The notes below the pieces were generated by a model that saw nothing but the letters and a program-made list of their open reading frames with translations, made no database searches and was not told where the DNA came from. Positions 24,875 to 37,644 of a stretch of 64,000 nucleotides of DNA are shown in pieces; the first letter of the stretch is position 1; every line of letters starts with the position of its first letter. The DNA is from Podarcis muralis (taxonomy: Eukaryota), in assembly GCF_964188315.1 (NCBI RefSeq), contig NC_135656.1:51274001-51338000 (forward strand). Reading direction: 5' to 3'. The position numbers and the translations under genes were made by a program.

Positions 24875-27800
24875 CTCTAGAGGAATGTTCAGGCTGCAGC
24901 CCAATGCACATTTGCTTGGGAGTAAGTCCTACTGAACTCTTGAGTAGGCATGTACAGAATGATACCGTGCCTTCAGATGTTTTGTATTTCAGTTCACTAT
25001 TGCAAAGGTAATTGGCAATCTGCCTCATTCAGTGAATAAACTTAATGAAATAACAATAACCAGAGTTTGCACAGAGAGCAAGTTATAACGCACTCCACTT
25101 AGCCCAATCCTATTTCTCACATACAGCTGCTTATAACAGTTAAATCTAGTAATCACATTCCTTAGAAGGCAGGGATTAAATGTTGTTTGCTTTTATCATC
25201 ATTATACTGAGCAAAATAAGCTTGCACTGACACATCCAGAATAAATTCAGTATACTGTAGAACCATCTAGATTATGGCAGGGATTTTCAGACTCTTTTCT
25301 GAAAATAGAAGAGAGACTGCTTTATTTTCATAGTAGTCAAGCCCTCATGTGACAATTTTGGTGGAGGGATTTGTCCAAAATAAACCACAACTGAAAAATT
25401 AATGAAAGCGGATAGCCATAAAATACAAGAAGTGTGTGTGTGGGGGGGGGGGGTAATTTCCACTTTGAAATACAGGCTTCTTTGTTTTTTCCTTTTTTTA
25501 TTTATTTAGAAAAATATCATTGATCTGGCTTGGTGATACTCTGACTCAAGGAAAGGAGCGTGACCAAAAGCCACATACTAGAAGGATGATCAGAGAAAAG
25601 TTGGGATGTTAAGTTTTACTTGAATGCTCAGAATCTGGATTTTATGCTTGTTTGTCAAAAGCAGGTTTGTGGCAAGGAACCCTGGGCTGCAAATCCAAGC
25701 ACCATTAACATGTAATGGAGGCAATTAGGGTGTTCCTGTAACCTCAGGCAGAAGAATTGGCAGAACAGAAAGTTGGATGTCCAGTTCTGCGCAACTGTCC
25801 TTAGTAGGAGAATGCAGAAAAGCAACTCCCACCCGAAGGACAGATAGCATCTAAACAGCCTCCTTACTAACAGGGAACGTTTTCAGTACCTTCCAGGAGG
25901 AGACCTCAGCACATCAACAGCAATAAGTGAAAAGAAAGAGTAATTACCCTAGTTGGAAACAACCCAGAATCTTGTTTAAGGAGTTGCCTTGGCCTTAAAA
26001 ACTGAAGTGAGCTCATGCAGATACACTTAACTTGGCCAGAAAGGCCTGGAGCCAACCTATGCAATCATCATGCCCTCCATGCCATTGAGGAAATTGTGGT
26101 TAGTGTTATTAATTTAGGAGAAACACTTTTTCCTTTCCAGTTCAAAAACCTTAACCTCCAGGCTTGCTTCAGAATGCAGCATGTTTCCTCAGTATGATAC
26201 CTCAAGGAGAACAAGTCTGCTCAAAGCCATGCCTTTAACATGGGGATTCATTTCACAGAGATTTCAGTAGCCCTATTAAGAAGTTAAAGCCCTTCTTCGT
26301 AATCACACAAGGTGAGAACGGGGTACCATGCTGGCTGGCTCCAGCCCTCCTGTTGTATCCCTGTCACCTGGCACTGCTACTCTCCACGTGTTGGAAGGGA
26401 AGATGTGCAAAGGGAAGCCTGCTTCCCTCTCTTTGCCTGAACCCTCTAATGCTGAGGAAGGGTCTGTTTTGGGGGTGGCAACATCTCTTGGGCCAGACAT
26501 GATGAACTGCTAGTCTATATAATAATAATAACAATAAATAGTAATAATTAGGCATTCTAGCTCCTCTTTTTTCTATAAAAATAGCACTGAGTAGATGGAT
26601 TTAATATTCAGATTGAAGGTAATGGTAGTGGCAATCTGATAATATTTATAAATAATTTTAGGCAGCTTCAACCCTCATGCCATTACTTAGGAGATATCCC
26701 ATATACTGTATTTCTCTGGGACTTTGAATTAAGGAAGTATTTCTCCTCATGGGAAGCAACAGCTGCAAACCATGTGATCTCTTTTTCTGATAGTCCCATA
26801 ACCATGGGATTTATAGTAAGCATTCAGAGCAACAGTAAACCTCAGGTATCATTTCCTTAAACAGACGAACAGCATCAGATGCCCTCTAGTACAATTTGGC
26901 ATCTCTTCTTGGTAACGGATCAGGCTTACGACTTGAGTCATCATTCACCTGTGAGTAGGAGGAGTAGGAGTTGCTTTTAGACAAGTAAGACTTGCCCCCC
27001 AGAAATTCAGGTGAGTCACCTTTCAAGCCTTAAAAGGTCACTAGATGCATTCCAACTGCGTTCTGGAGCTTTGCGCAAATGTTTGCTCTTTCTTCCAGCC
27101 TCTTAGGCACCATAAGCCCTATGACTGGAAGGGAAAAACAACTCCAGAGATCAACCTCAAAAATGCAGACCACGTTTAAAACACAGGGTTGAGTTCCGAA
27201 GGCTGTGAGCTGGGTTTTTTCCTTCCCCTTTCCAGGAAAAGGGAGAGACAAGGAAGGAGCCTCCTTACTGTCAAGAACGCCAAAAGACAAAAGCTAAAGG
27301 GAAGGCCAAGAGGAGCACCATCCGCTGACTCACGCTCACCGAAAGCCTAAGGACTATTATTCAAACCTGACCAAACTGCAGTCTTCTTTTATTGCTCATT
27401 GCAAAATCCAATTCTGCAAATCACAATTCCCTCATTATTTAGTTGTTGCTTATGCTATCTGCAGTGCCAGTGGAAAAGCAGTTCATGCAGTTTAGAGCAC
27501 TGATGCAAAGCCAGTAAAAGCAAACTACCCTCTTATTGATGGTTTTGGAGGTTCTTCCAGAGCTACATCAATCTATATTACAACTCTCATTCACTTAGTT
27601 GGCCTTCCTTAGGACAACCACGTTCCTCAGAGTCAAGAGTAGGTCTTAACTCATGAGTCTCTAATGTGGTATCAACAGACTTTTTCCAAGTCTAATTGTA
27701 GCGGGGGGGGGGGGGGTGAGTTGTGGCATGTATGTGGTGCTCACAACACTTTCCCTAGTCTGTAAAAGTGGCTGGGGCCCAAACATTTCTGAGGGCAATT

Positions 27801-27879
27801 CTAACCTGCCTGAAAACAACACATCACAGATGAATGGCTATTTGCAAGGTTGGGAAAACCCAGACAGTGCACGTGCATT

Positions 27880-28775
27880 CACACATTTTAAAAAGCCATT
27901 AACCCCCCCTCCCACAAACACATTTAACAGGCCATAGAATGTTAATCAGCCAAAGGCCTGGTTACAGAGAAACATTTTTACCAAGAACCCAAAGATATGC
28001 AATGAAAAGTGCCAGGCGAGTCTCCCTGGGGAGAGAATTCCACAAATGGGCAGCCACCGCAGAAAAGGCCACTCCATGCCACCGAGGTCACTTGAGCCTC
28101 AAGCAACAGCAAAGGATGCAGAAGTATCCCCAAATTATGTACCCACTCCTTCAGAGAGAGTATAACCCCATCAAGAGCAGGCAACCTCCCATCCATCCAG
28201 TCTAGGGAACTGCCCACTAACAGTGAGTCAGTCTTATCTGAGCTGAGCTTCAGTTTATTGGCTCTCATCCAGTCCATTACCAAGGCAAGACAATGGTCCA
28301 GCACATTCACTGCCACCCCTGCAGATGTAAAGGAGAAGTAGAGCTGTGTGTCAGTAGCATATTGCTGACAAGGTACTCCAGAACTCTGAATAACCACACT
28401 CAGTGGTTTCATGTAGATGTTAAACAGCATGGGGGATAAAACTGAAACCTGAGGAAATCCACATTGAAGGCTCCATGGGGCCGAAGAGCCCTCCCCAGGC
28501 ATCTCCCTCTGGAAACAAACATCCAAGTAGGACGATCACAAAGCGCCACCCCCTGACACAGCCACACCAGAAGGATACCACGGTTGGTGGTATTGAAAAC
28601 TGCAGAGAGGTTGTGGAGAATTAACAGGGACACATTTCCCTGGTCTCTCTTCTGACAGAGGTCATAATACAGGGCAACCAAATAAGTTTCTGTGCCAAAA
28701 CCAGGCCTAAACCCCGATTGAAATGAATCTAGAAAATAATAATCCTTTAATGGCATCGTTCCATCTTTCAGTTTC
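27880..28775 (-). mobile_element. Degenerate L2 LINE (RT domain and 3' end, internally deleted)
   Basis: LDSFQSGFRPGFGTETYLVALY..DL..LSAVF; GFPQVSVLSPMLFNIYMKPL..QQYATDTQLYFSF (decayed YADD) ..WMRANKLKL..DKT; frameshifted. Confidence 0.92.
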
Positions 28776-28786
28776 CATGACATATT

Positions 28787-28849
28787 TTGTTGGAAGCCAC
28801 CCAGAGTGGCTAAGGAAACCCAGCCAGATGGGTGGGGTATAAATAATAA

Positions 28850-28893
<44 letters not shown>
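28787..28893 (+). mobile_element. L2-type 3' terminus with (TTA)n tail
   Basis: agccacccagagtggctaaggaaacccagccagatgggtggggtataaataataaa(tta)n. Confidence 0.85.
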
Positions 28894-28896
<3 letters not shown>

Positions 28897-29554
28897 ACTC
28901 AAAGTCTTCTGAATATGATACATGCCTCCCCACCCCATCAATAGACTCAGTCTACTGCTCTTCCACTAGTTCCTTCTGGAGCAGTGTATCGAATTTGTCT
29001 TTAGTTGGGCTCCAGGTTCTTTAATGAGGATGACTCTGGCCTGGAATCTCCACTGTGACAGGAGAGGAGGGAGGGAAATGTGCAGTTTCTTAACTAAATA
29101 AGACCTGACCGGAGGCTATTAGTGACATTTAACCCACTTGGCAACCAAATTGCCACAGACAAGTACACCTCTGAACAGCACTGTTAGAAAAATACTACCA
29201 GGGCATCTGTAAAGAAACCAGACTGGTATGAACAATATGTTTTCCCTATAAAAATCAAGCTATTCCCAAGTGTTAATTGTGGGAAATTTATCATCTGGGC
29301 TCTTTGCCTGATACAATATGCAACTCTGTTTCATGCTGTGGGCTCCTTCCCCCTCACATTTCTCCCCACATTAAAGCCTCCTGCAAAGCTTTTATTTTGG
29401 CATTTGTTATTGTAAGCATGCAAACTCTCCAAACACACATGGATTTGATTGTTTCATGCAAACTCCACCTCCCCCCCCCGCCCACCCCTCAAAAGAAACT
29501 CCCAAGTTGCAAGGAAGACCCCTTTAAGCAAGTAATCCGAACCCTGCAGTCTTC

Positions 29555-29610
<56 letters not shown>

Positions 29611-29612
29611 AA
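29555..29612. repeat. (GAAA)n microsatellite
   Basis: Perfect tetranucleotide run. Confidence 0.97.
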
Positions 29613-30851
29613 AAGATTCATGCACTCTACTTATTATGCTTATATTTAAAGGCCATCTCTTTGCTTTCCAAAACTCAGTACTTGGAAAAACCACAGGCAG
29701 CTTAACCTACAGCTGAGCTGAGGATTACATTATTGCAACAGGGGTTTGCTTGACATGGTCTCCTCCACAACACCCCACTGCGGTGTAAAACTGGGATCCA
29801 AAAATTCACAGATGCACTGGACAAGGGTACCCCTTGCAATCCTAATGAATTCTACCTCCCAAAGCTGCAATCAAGCTGTCTCATGATAGCTAGACAGCTT
29901 TGATGGGAAGGGCAGAGGCAGGAGCTACAGCAGAGAAGTATCAAGTCAGATTCAGTAATTCTGAAGAAACGATAGACTTGCACAATAGTTTGTGGGAGAA
30001 CTGCTAGAGGTCCTTTTCTCTTAAATTGAGGCTTCCAATAATTCCTTCTACTAGGAGACTTTCTTGCTTGCTTACAAGTAAATGTACCCTAGGAAAGGAC
30101 TCCAGCAATACTTCTGCCACAGTGCATGTCTTCAAAGGGAGCAGAGAGGTACCAGAAAGCAAAGATGGTGTCCTGAGAAGGAGCTCCTGGTGCTTCAGAT
30201 ACCTAGATATACTGTGTCCAGAAAACCATGAGAAGAGAAGGAAATGTCCAACTAAGCCAGGAGAGCTGCAGGAATGAAAAGTCTACCAAGCGAAATATAT
30301 CACATACACTTCCAGCTCAAAATAATCAATTCTCGGGTATGGGTTAGTTCAGTTCCAGGGGGAGGGGGGGAATGTTCACATAGTCCACAGTCAGAAGATG
30401 ACGCTGACATTTTGTCTCTATATTTAGCACCCTCATTGTCTGGTGCTAATGTGTGGCTGTCAGTGACTGCATTTAATTAGATGACAGAACAAAGAATACG
30501 CCAAACTCTATTACATCCCATCTCCCAAATACCAGTGGTTGTTTTGAGAATAATTTCTGAGCATATATATATCTGCTAGAGTGACTGTCATACAGAATGG
30601 TGCACGTCTGCCTTTTCTGGGCTGGTTCCTCACCTTGACCCATGGTTTCTCTCTGGTTTGCTTTGATTATTTAATCATCTTTTGTATTTGATCCACTTGT
30701 CATCACAGACATTGTTTAAAATTGCCATAAGTGCTTATCACTGAGAAGAAACTGTTAAGAGCACTTACATACCAATTTTCATCCGCAGATTTCAAGCCAC
30801 TTCCCCAAACTAAGGCAATGCATTAAATATGCCTGTTTCACATTTATTATT

Positions 30852-30853
<2 letters not shown>

Positions 30854-30891
<38 letters not shown>
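30854..30891. repeat. (AAT)n microsatellite
   Basis: Perfect trinucleotide run. Confidence 0.95.
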
Positions 30892-31004
30892 GCAGAGAAA
30901 TAAGTGGCACAGTTAGTAGACTCACAATAGTTAACTTTGCCTATCATCTGTTCTATTCTGTAAACAGTTACATTGCACACTTTTTAATAGGCTAAGACCT
31001 ATTA

Positions 31005-31156
31005 CCGTATTTTTCCGTGTATAAGTCTAGGTTTCCCACCTAAAAAAATAATGTCCAAAATTTGGGGGCATCTTATAAACGAATAAATCTCCCCCCCCCC
31101 ATTTTTAAATCAGAGTCCCCCAAAATTGGGGGCGTCTTATAGACGGAAAAATACGG
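31005..31156. mobile_element. Tc1/mariner (pogo/Tigger-like) MITE, second family
   Basis: 21-bp TIR CCGTATTTTTCCGTGTATAAG / CTTATAGACGGAAAAATACGG (1 mismatch); TA TSD; internal direct repeat caaaatt(t)gggggc.tcttata. Confidence 0.92.
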
Positions 31157-31716
31157 TATGTCAGGACAAGGCACACAATTTTGGTTCAAGAAAACCTCAC
31201 AGCTATTGCAGATAAATTCCCCAATAAAATGCCTTCTGCCAATAACAGAACAAAAGACAAATATCTGCCAATCATACAACATGTTTTGCCACGCAGTCTG
31301 GAATAGATGGGTGGCAACCTGTTGCTCTGCTATTCCATCTGTGAACCAAATCTGTACAGAATGCAGAACCCAGTGCTTCTGTTTCCAAGACTAAAAGCCT
31401 TTCCCATATTACTAAGGAAAAGCTTTCAGACCAGCTCTACAGACCACTGCTGCCTTTGGCAATTAAGAGACAAAAACTACATGGTCCCATGAAAAGAAAG
31501 AAAAATCACAAGGAAATGCAAGCCTTGGGATATTGGAGGTTTTAAAATTCATTGCATCAATATTTTTAACATTTGGGCTGGGGGAGACTGCACACTCAAA
31601 ACAAACCTTTGTGATGGGAACACCTATTTGGGATGAGACAGAATGCTGCCAGCTCCACCACACTAGCCATCTTCACAAAGTCCTCACTGGTGATGCCTGA
31701 AACTTTCTATAAACTA

Positions 31717-31945
31717 CAGTGGTACCTCGGGTTACAGACGCTTCAAGTTACAGACTCTGCTAACCCAGAAATAGTACCTCGGGTTAAGAACTTTGCTTCA
31801 GGATGAGAACAGAAATCACGCAGTGGTGCAGCGGCGGCGGCAGCGGTAGGCCCCATTAGCTAAAGTGGTGCTTCAGGTTAAGAACAGTTTCAGGTTAAGA
31901 ACGGACCTCCAGAACGAATTAAGTTCTAAACCCGAGGTACCACTG
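31717..31945. mobile_element. Tc1/mariner (Tigger/pogo-like) MITE, copy 3
   Basis: Same TIR and body as 15317 and 20116; TA TSD. Confidence 0.93.
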
Positions 31946-32444
31946 TAGAATAACCCTGTGCCTCTTCATCATGTGAACCAGTGGAAAGGTCCCAAGAATG
32001 ACGGTGAATTCCTCATCCTGCTCATCAAAGGCCACTTGGTGATTTTCAGAATCAGGCCATTGATCATTATCTCTCTGTGTCTGGCACATTACATGCCCTT
32101 GCAGGACACTGAACTTTTTTCAGTATCAGCTCATTTTTAAACTTCTGCCCTATTCCTACTCATTATTCATGCTTTCCTTTTAGGATGCATTCCTGGACAG
32201 ACACCAGTGCCAAACCTTGTGCTTCTTGCAGAAGTAGGGCAGCTCCAAAATGGACTTAAGGGCAACACAAGTGAGGCAAAATGCTGAAATCAATCCCAAA
32301 AGCTGCACTCTGTTATTAATAGCAGTATGAATATTCTCAATGATCCCAATCAATAGCTGGGACACTGGAAGCAGGAGCACTCTGTTGCGTATTTGGCTTG
32401 AAGGTCATTTACAGCCATCTCTAATCAGATTGCTAACGGTAAAC

Positions 32445-32630
32445 AAATGTTGAGGCAAGAGGGCCTTGGGGGAACCTAAGGCCATGCCTCTGAATACCAG
32501 TCATCAGGGAACAATAATGGGAGAAGGCTATGGCCGTGATCATCTTCATGAACTTTCCAGAGGCATCTAGCTGGCCACTATGGAAAAACAGAATGCATGT
32601 CTAGGACTTGCCTGATCCTTCTTATGATCA
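32445..32630 (+). mobile_element. CR1-type 3' end remnant
   Basis: atgcctctgaataccagt..gggagaaggc..ttccagaggcatctagctggccact..gcctgatccttcttatg. Confidence 0.6.
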
Positions 32631-32659
32631 TTATCTGCATCAGTGTTTCCATGAAATTA

Positions 32660-32760
32660 AAAAGGTAAAGGTACCCCTGCCCGTACGGGCCAGTCTTGCC
32701 AGACTCTAGGGTTGTGCGCTCATCCCACTCTAGAGGCCGGGAGCCAGCGCTGTCCGAAGA
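32660..32760 (-). mobile_element. Sauria SINE 3' fragment (inverted relative to the adjoining L1)
   Basis: Reverse complement reads cggacagcgctggctcccggcc..gatgagcgcacaaccctagagtctggcaagactggcccgtacgggcaggggtacctttacctttt. Confidence 0.9.
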
Positions 32761-33318
32761 TGTGGTGGGTATGCAGAAAAGTTAAAGAATATTGGGAAAT
32801 GATATATAATGAGATAAAAATAATGTTTAAAACAACTTTCGCCCCCCCAAACCAGAGGCATTTCTGTTAGGAATTGTTAAAACAGAGGTTCCCAGGGGTC
32901 AGAAAAAATATTATGTATGCAACAACAGCAGCTCGGATTTTGCTAGCCCCAAAATTGAAAGTGAGTGAGGTCCCTAGTAAGGAAGACTGGCAACTGAAGA
33001 TGACAGAATATTTCGATTTGGCAGGTCTAACAAACAGAGTAAGAGAGCAAGAAGAACAGGCATTTAAAGAGGAATGTAATTTTTTTGTCAAATATTTTGA
33101 AAATAATTGTGTACAGTTGAAAATGCTGGCAGTATTAAAGTAAAATTCAACAGTATAACATATGTTGAAGTGATGTAAGATAGGAAAATAGAATTAGATG
33201 GATATATTAAATGAACCTTGGAAAGGGGGGGAGGAAAGTCAATGAATGTATGAATAGAAGATGTTTAATTTGAAATGTAAAATTTGAAAAGTTAATAAAA
33301 AATGAAAATGAAAAAAAA
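32761..33318 (+). mobile_element. 5'-truncated L1 (ORF2 end, 3' UTR, A-tail)
   Basis: WWVCRKVKEYWEMIYNE..PEAFLLGI..MYATTAARILLA..VPSKEDWQLKMTEY; AATAAA and A-rich tail; one or more frameshifts. Confidence 0.93.
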
Positions 33319-33570
33319 GTCCATTCTACTAAGGTTCTTCTGGGAAGCTCACATGAGCAGGCCAGACCATGATACACATCCCTAATTGTCATATAGCCTG
33401 CATTGGTAATGCCTCCATGAGGCTACTAGCTTCTGCCGATACTTCTTCTCTATTTAGATGTCTTAGCTAGAAATAGCCAGTGAGAAAGCTATGAATTTGT
33501 CAGATTCTTAAAAGTGTTTCTTGGCTTTTTCTTCTGCTGCCAGCTGTCAACAGTTTCACAATTAGATTTT

Positions 33571-33571
33571 A

Positions 33572-33653
<82 letters not shown>
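33571..33653. repeat. Compound (TTGC)n(ATTG)n microsatellite
   Basis: Two abutting tetranucleotide arrays. Confidence 0.95.
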
Positions 33654-33654
<1 letters not shown>

Positions 33655-33789
33655 GTTTTTTGCTCTTTAGCAATGTTTACAAAGAGCACACGGTTCCTAT
33701 AACCTTTGTTTTAACCAGAACATAAATCACTATGCAAAGGCTGCTAGAAATTACTATGGATAATGTCTTAATCCTGCCATGGTCATAAC

Positions 33790-33925
33790 ACAGGAGAAAC
33801 CAATGTGGTACCCTTCAGATATTACCGGACTACATTTCCCATTATTCCTGACCACTGACCATGTTGGCTGGGGCTAGTTAAAGCTAGAATCCAACAACAT
33901 CTGGAAGTTACTATGTTGCCTACTC
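33790..33925. mobile_element. Degenerate hAT MITE (same family as 24737)
   Basis: cagatatt..ggactacatttcccatt..ctgaccactgaccatgttggctggggct..aacatctggaag. Confidence 0.6.
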
Positions 33926-33979
33926 CGGACGTAACTTGCAGTACCAGCCATTCTGTTTGTATGGTTCAATCTATGGCAT

Positions 33980-34455
33980 TTCTAGGTAGGGCTGAGACAT
34001 CCCATAACCCTGGGATAAGTACTGCCAGCCAGTGTAGAGTCTGCAAAAACAAACAAATCAGAGCCGCTTAGCTGCACATGCCTCTTCCCAGGAGCCAAAT
34101 TGAGCAGTATTTAACTCCTCACTTATCAGCTGATGAACAGGGGTTTAAATTCTGTTCTGGCTGTGAATGCCAATTCCCTACTGAAAACTGCTGCTGGGAA
34201 CAGATGGGCTGAAACCAAGGCCGAAATGAACTCTGCCCTCCTGCCCATCAACAGATGTCAGTGATGAGTGTTGTTGACAGGTAAGCATGGTTAGCTGTAA
34301 ATGGCCTCATGGGCCAAACTAGATACCTTAGCAGACCAAGACTGATCCACAGGCTGAAGGTGTCCCACTCCTGGTGCAGACAATACTGTGCTAGATAAAC
34401 CAATGATCTTACTCAGTATAAAGGCAGCTCCCTATGTCTCCTATGTTCCTAGAAG
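33980..34455 (+). mobile_element. tRNA/CR1-tail SINE split by a ~330-bp insert with a hAT-like right end
   Basis: 5' part ends gccagccagtgtagag (~34040), 3' part resumes gtgcagacaatactg..ctcagtataaaggcagc (~34373); insert ends ...cccactcctg; degenerate 8-mers GTGTAGAG/GTGCAGAC flank it. Confidence 0.55.
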
Positions 34456-35561
34456 CCTGGCATGGAGAGTTGAATCACTAGTGTGATGCTTCTGAGAATG
34501 CTCTGTTGTTTCAGGGTCCATGGTGGCATGATTGTCCACCACAATTCCTTATGCTGATAGGCTCGTGATCTGATCAAAGCTTTTCATGCAAGTTCGGACC
34601 TGTTACACAAACTTGATTTCCAAAGAGGCTCTAAATATCTAGATTCCATTAAAGAAGAGGTGGGGAACCTGTGGCCTCCCAGATGTTCCCTGAGGTTCTT
34701 CCCCCTCTAATAATGGCTTGTACCAGATATCTCCATCCCTTTCCTTCCCCCATACATGCACAGACTCTGGGAAGTATCAGCATGAGCAGCTACATGAATA
34801 AAACTTGCCCTAGCTAGTTGGAATAAAAGTCTCCACTTGGAAGCTTTTAATCATTATATTCCTTTCTAATGTCAGAGCCCTGGGATGACAAGCACTGGAC
34901 TGTTGGGGGAGAGGGTGGATGGCCAAGAAATTAGACATGATGGGATTAATCTAGTCATTGGCTCCTTAATACTTGTTCTTCTACCAACAGCTACCACCAA
35001 GCTGTATACAAGTCACGTCATCAGAATCAGCTTAGTATGCCAGGGCATAGCTCATGTGCACACAGTAGCACATACTGCCTGGAATAGGTAAAGAGAGAAA
35101 TCAGTTGGGACTGCATGTGTTGTGCATAGTTGTACAATTTCACCAATTATTTTCAGGGCATATATTAATCTGCCACCCTAGCAACAACAAACGTGTTACC
35201 ATCAAGCTGAAGATCCCTCCTGAGACTGAAGCACTTCAGGATATAGATGAGGGGATGGCCTATTTGAATGCTTTTCCATGTCAAAAAGCTAGTATATCAG
35301 AGAGAAGGGTTCTAGCCAAGCCTTCCCCTAATGTGGCATTTTTCCAGGTGCAAGGGATATTTTACAAATATTTGACCCAGCTCCTACTTTCTCAAGTGGT
35401 CCAATCCCTGGAGGATTACTGAATGTGTATCTTTGCTGTGACAATTTATCTTCTAATATGATCTATAGGGTTTGGGATTATGTGATTCACCCATTCATTC
35501 CAACTGGGAGTCCTATACATGCACTGGGGCAACAGGTGGGCACATGAAATGTGGACAATAT

Positions 35562-35816
35562 GGGGAGCCAGTGTGGTGTAGTGGTTAAGAGCGGTAGTCT
35601 CGTAATCTGGTGAACCGGGTTTGCATCTCTGCTCCTCCACATGCAGCTGCTGGGTGACCTTGGGCTAGTCACACTTCTCTGAAGTCTCTCAGCCCCACTC
35701 ACCTCACAGAGTGTTTGTTGTGGGGGAGGAAGGGAAAGGAGATTGTTGGCTGCTTTGAGACTCCTTAGGGTAGTGATAAAGTGGGATATCAAATCCAAAC
35801 TCCTCTTCTTCTTCTT
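35562..35816 (+). mobile_element. Full-length tRNA-derived CORE/MIR-like SINE with L2-type tail
   Basis: A box (gtggtgtagtggttaa), B-box-like segment, CORE motif gggtgaccttgggctagtcac, (CTT)n tail. Confidence 0.9.
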
Positions 35817-37644
35817 ATACATTTGTAAGCACACACCTTATTTGTGCAATCTCCACCACCACTTTTTTTTTTTAATGGAAAAGGTCACATAAATTAGATG
35901 CTGTACAACTTTTTTTTTAAAAAAAAAAACTCCTCAAAAGTTCATTGCAGGCAGAGAAGCTGCACAGACAAAGAGGATGGAGCTGGAGCAAAAAAAGTGA
36001 CAAGTACTAAAAGAGACACGTAAGCTGCAATAAGAAAAGGAAGATGCTATGGCTCTGTGTACTGAGATGGGCTCAGCTCGGCAGCCTTTTTATGCCTCAT
36101 ACAATAGAACAAAGGTAGTCAATTCACTGAGTCTATTTAAAGGAGAAGCAGCAGTTTGATCTGCCTGTTGTCAAAGCCCTCCCAGGGGTGTGCACAACAC
36201 TGTTGCTGAAAGGACTGGAATAGCAGGTATCAAGGGGGTAATATCCTCTCCAGATTCACACATAGCAACAGTGCAGGTTACTATAGAAACCCGAGGATTA
36301 TTTTTAGAAATCATCATGTTTTAACATTAGCAAGCCCATCATGAGTTCGGAAGAGGAAGGATAAATTCCTCCTCCCCACCCCGTTTTTCCATTTTTGAAT
36401 GATGTCAACAGTATGTATGTATGTGTGTGCACGTACATGTACATGCATTAATTGAAAGCATGTCAATAAAGGCAAATTATAAAATAAAAGCCAAATTATT
36501 CCTTGCCAGTGGCTGTGCATTGTGTACATGGAGAGAGAGAGGGAAAGAGAAAGAGAGAGGATCCTTTGTGACATTTCTTTAGGAATGGAATTGTACAGTC
36601 CGAGACCAAAGAAGAAACGGTCGGACTATACATCAGGATGTGTGTCTGCATCAACCTTTCAGTACTAAAGCAAAGTAAAATAAAATAAACTGCATATGAA
36701 ACCTTAGTCCCAATGCAGTGTGCTTGCATTTGTTTCTAAACAAGAGCCAAATGACTCCTATTGAAAGACCATCTGTGCCAAACAAGACTATCACAATTGC
36801 ACAGGACAAAGGAGGCTGCTGGTGGAAAGTGGGATACAGCTCATTATCAGCTTACCTGCTGCTGCAGCCAAAAAGGAGACCACCTGACCTTATCACATGA
36901 GCCATCCAGTTACTCTTCCGCTGGTGTGGTCATCCTAATGAAAATATTTTGAAATGCAAGTTCTAAATCCCATAACCTTCTTCATTCACCCATCTGTTTC
37001 AAACATGCATAACCAAACATAGTAGAAATCAGTCTAGGTCCATAATGAAGAAGAATACCCCTCTGAAGGACAGCAGTTTGCCATACATGAAATGGAGACT
37101 GGAAGAACCTCAAGTAAACAGCATCCCTGGCTGCTTGTGCTACTGAATGCATAAAACCCAACTAAAAAACAACTAGTCTTAAAAAAGAAAGAAAACAAAC
37201 AAGGTCTTTAGGTGCCGCAAAGTCATTGCTGTTTTTGTTGCAACAGACAAATGTGGCAACTCCTCTGGAAATCGTTACAATGGAAAGCCTGCTTGGGCGC
37301 ATCACCTTTGGCAAGCAGAGCATGTTCTGTTTTGTCTCTTCAGCGGCACACAGTAGAGATGTTTGCTATAGCATAACTGCCATCAATTTCTTCTGGGTTT
37401 CCACCACCATAAAAAAGGAAAAAGGGAAATTGCACACAAGTTTTCATTTCTAATAGATAATAGTACTGAGACATCTTGGCTGTTCAGCATCCTTGAGTTT
37501 ATATCAATAACATTTTCAGCCTGCATGTTCTTGGTGCCTCCCTCAAGAGTTTAGTACAGGCAATTCCCCACTTACAAGGCGGTTACATTCCAGAACCCTG
37601 TATGCGTAGGTAAAATCGCATAAACTGGGGAGCACCCTCTAAGC

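Noticed and set aside
27235-27350. Terminal-exon candidate after a strong acceptor (…cccctttccag|gaaaaggg…)
   Set aside because: All three short frames are unrecognisable and no linked upstream exons were found; treated only as part of a regulatory candidate.
27978-28933. 182-aa and 174-aa ORFs as host genes
   Set aside because: They are frameshifted pieces of an L2 reverse transcriptase, and the poly-N stretch comes from a (TTA)n tail.
35562-35640. tRNA gene calls at SINE heads (also 39397, 40810, 58220)
   Set aside because: A/B boxes run into SINE bodies and no complete cloverleaf is present.
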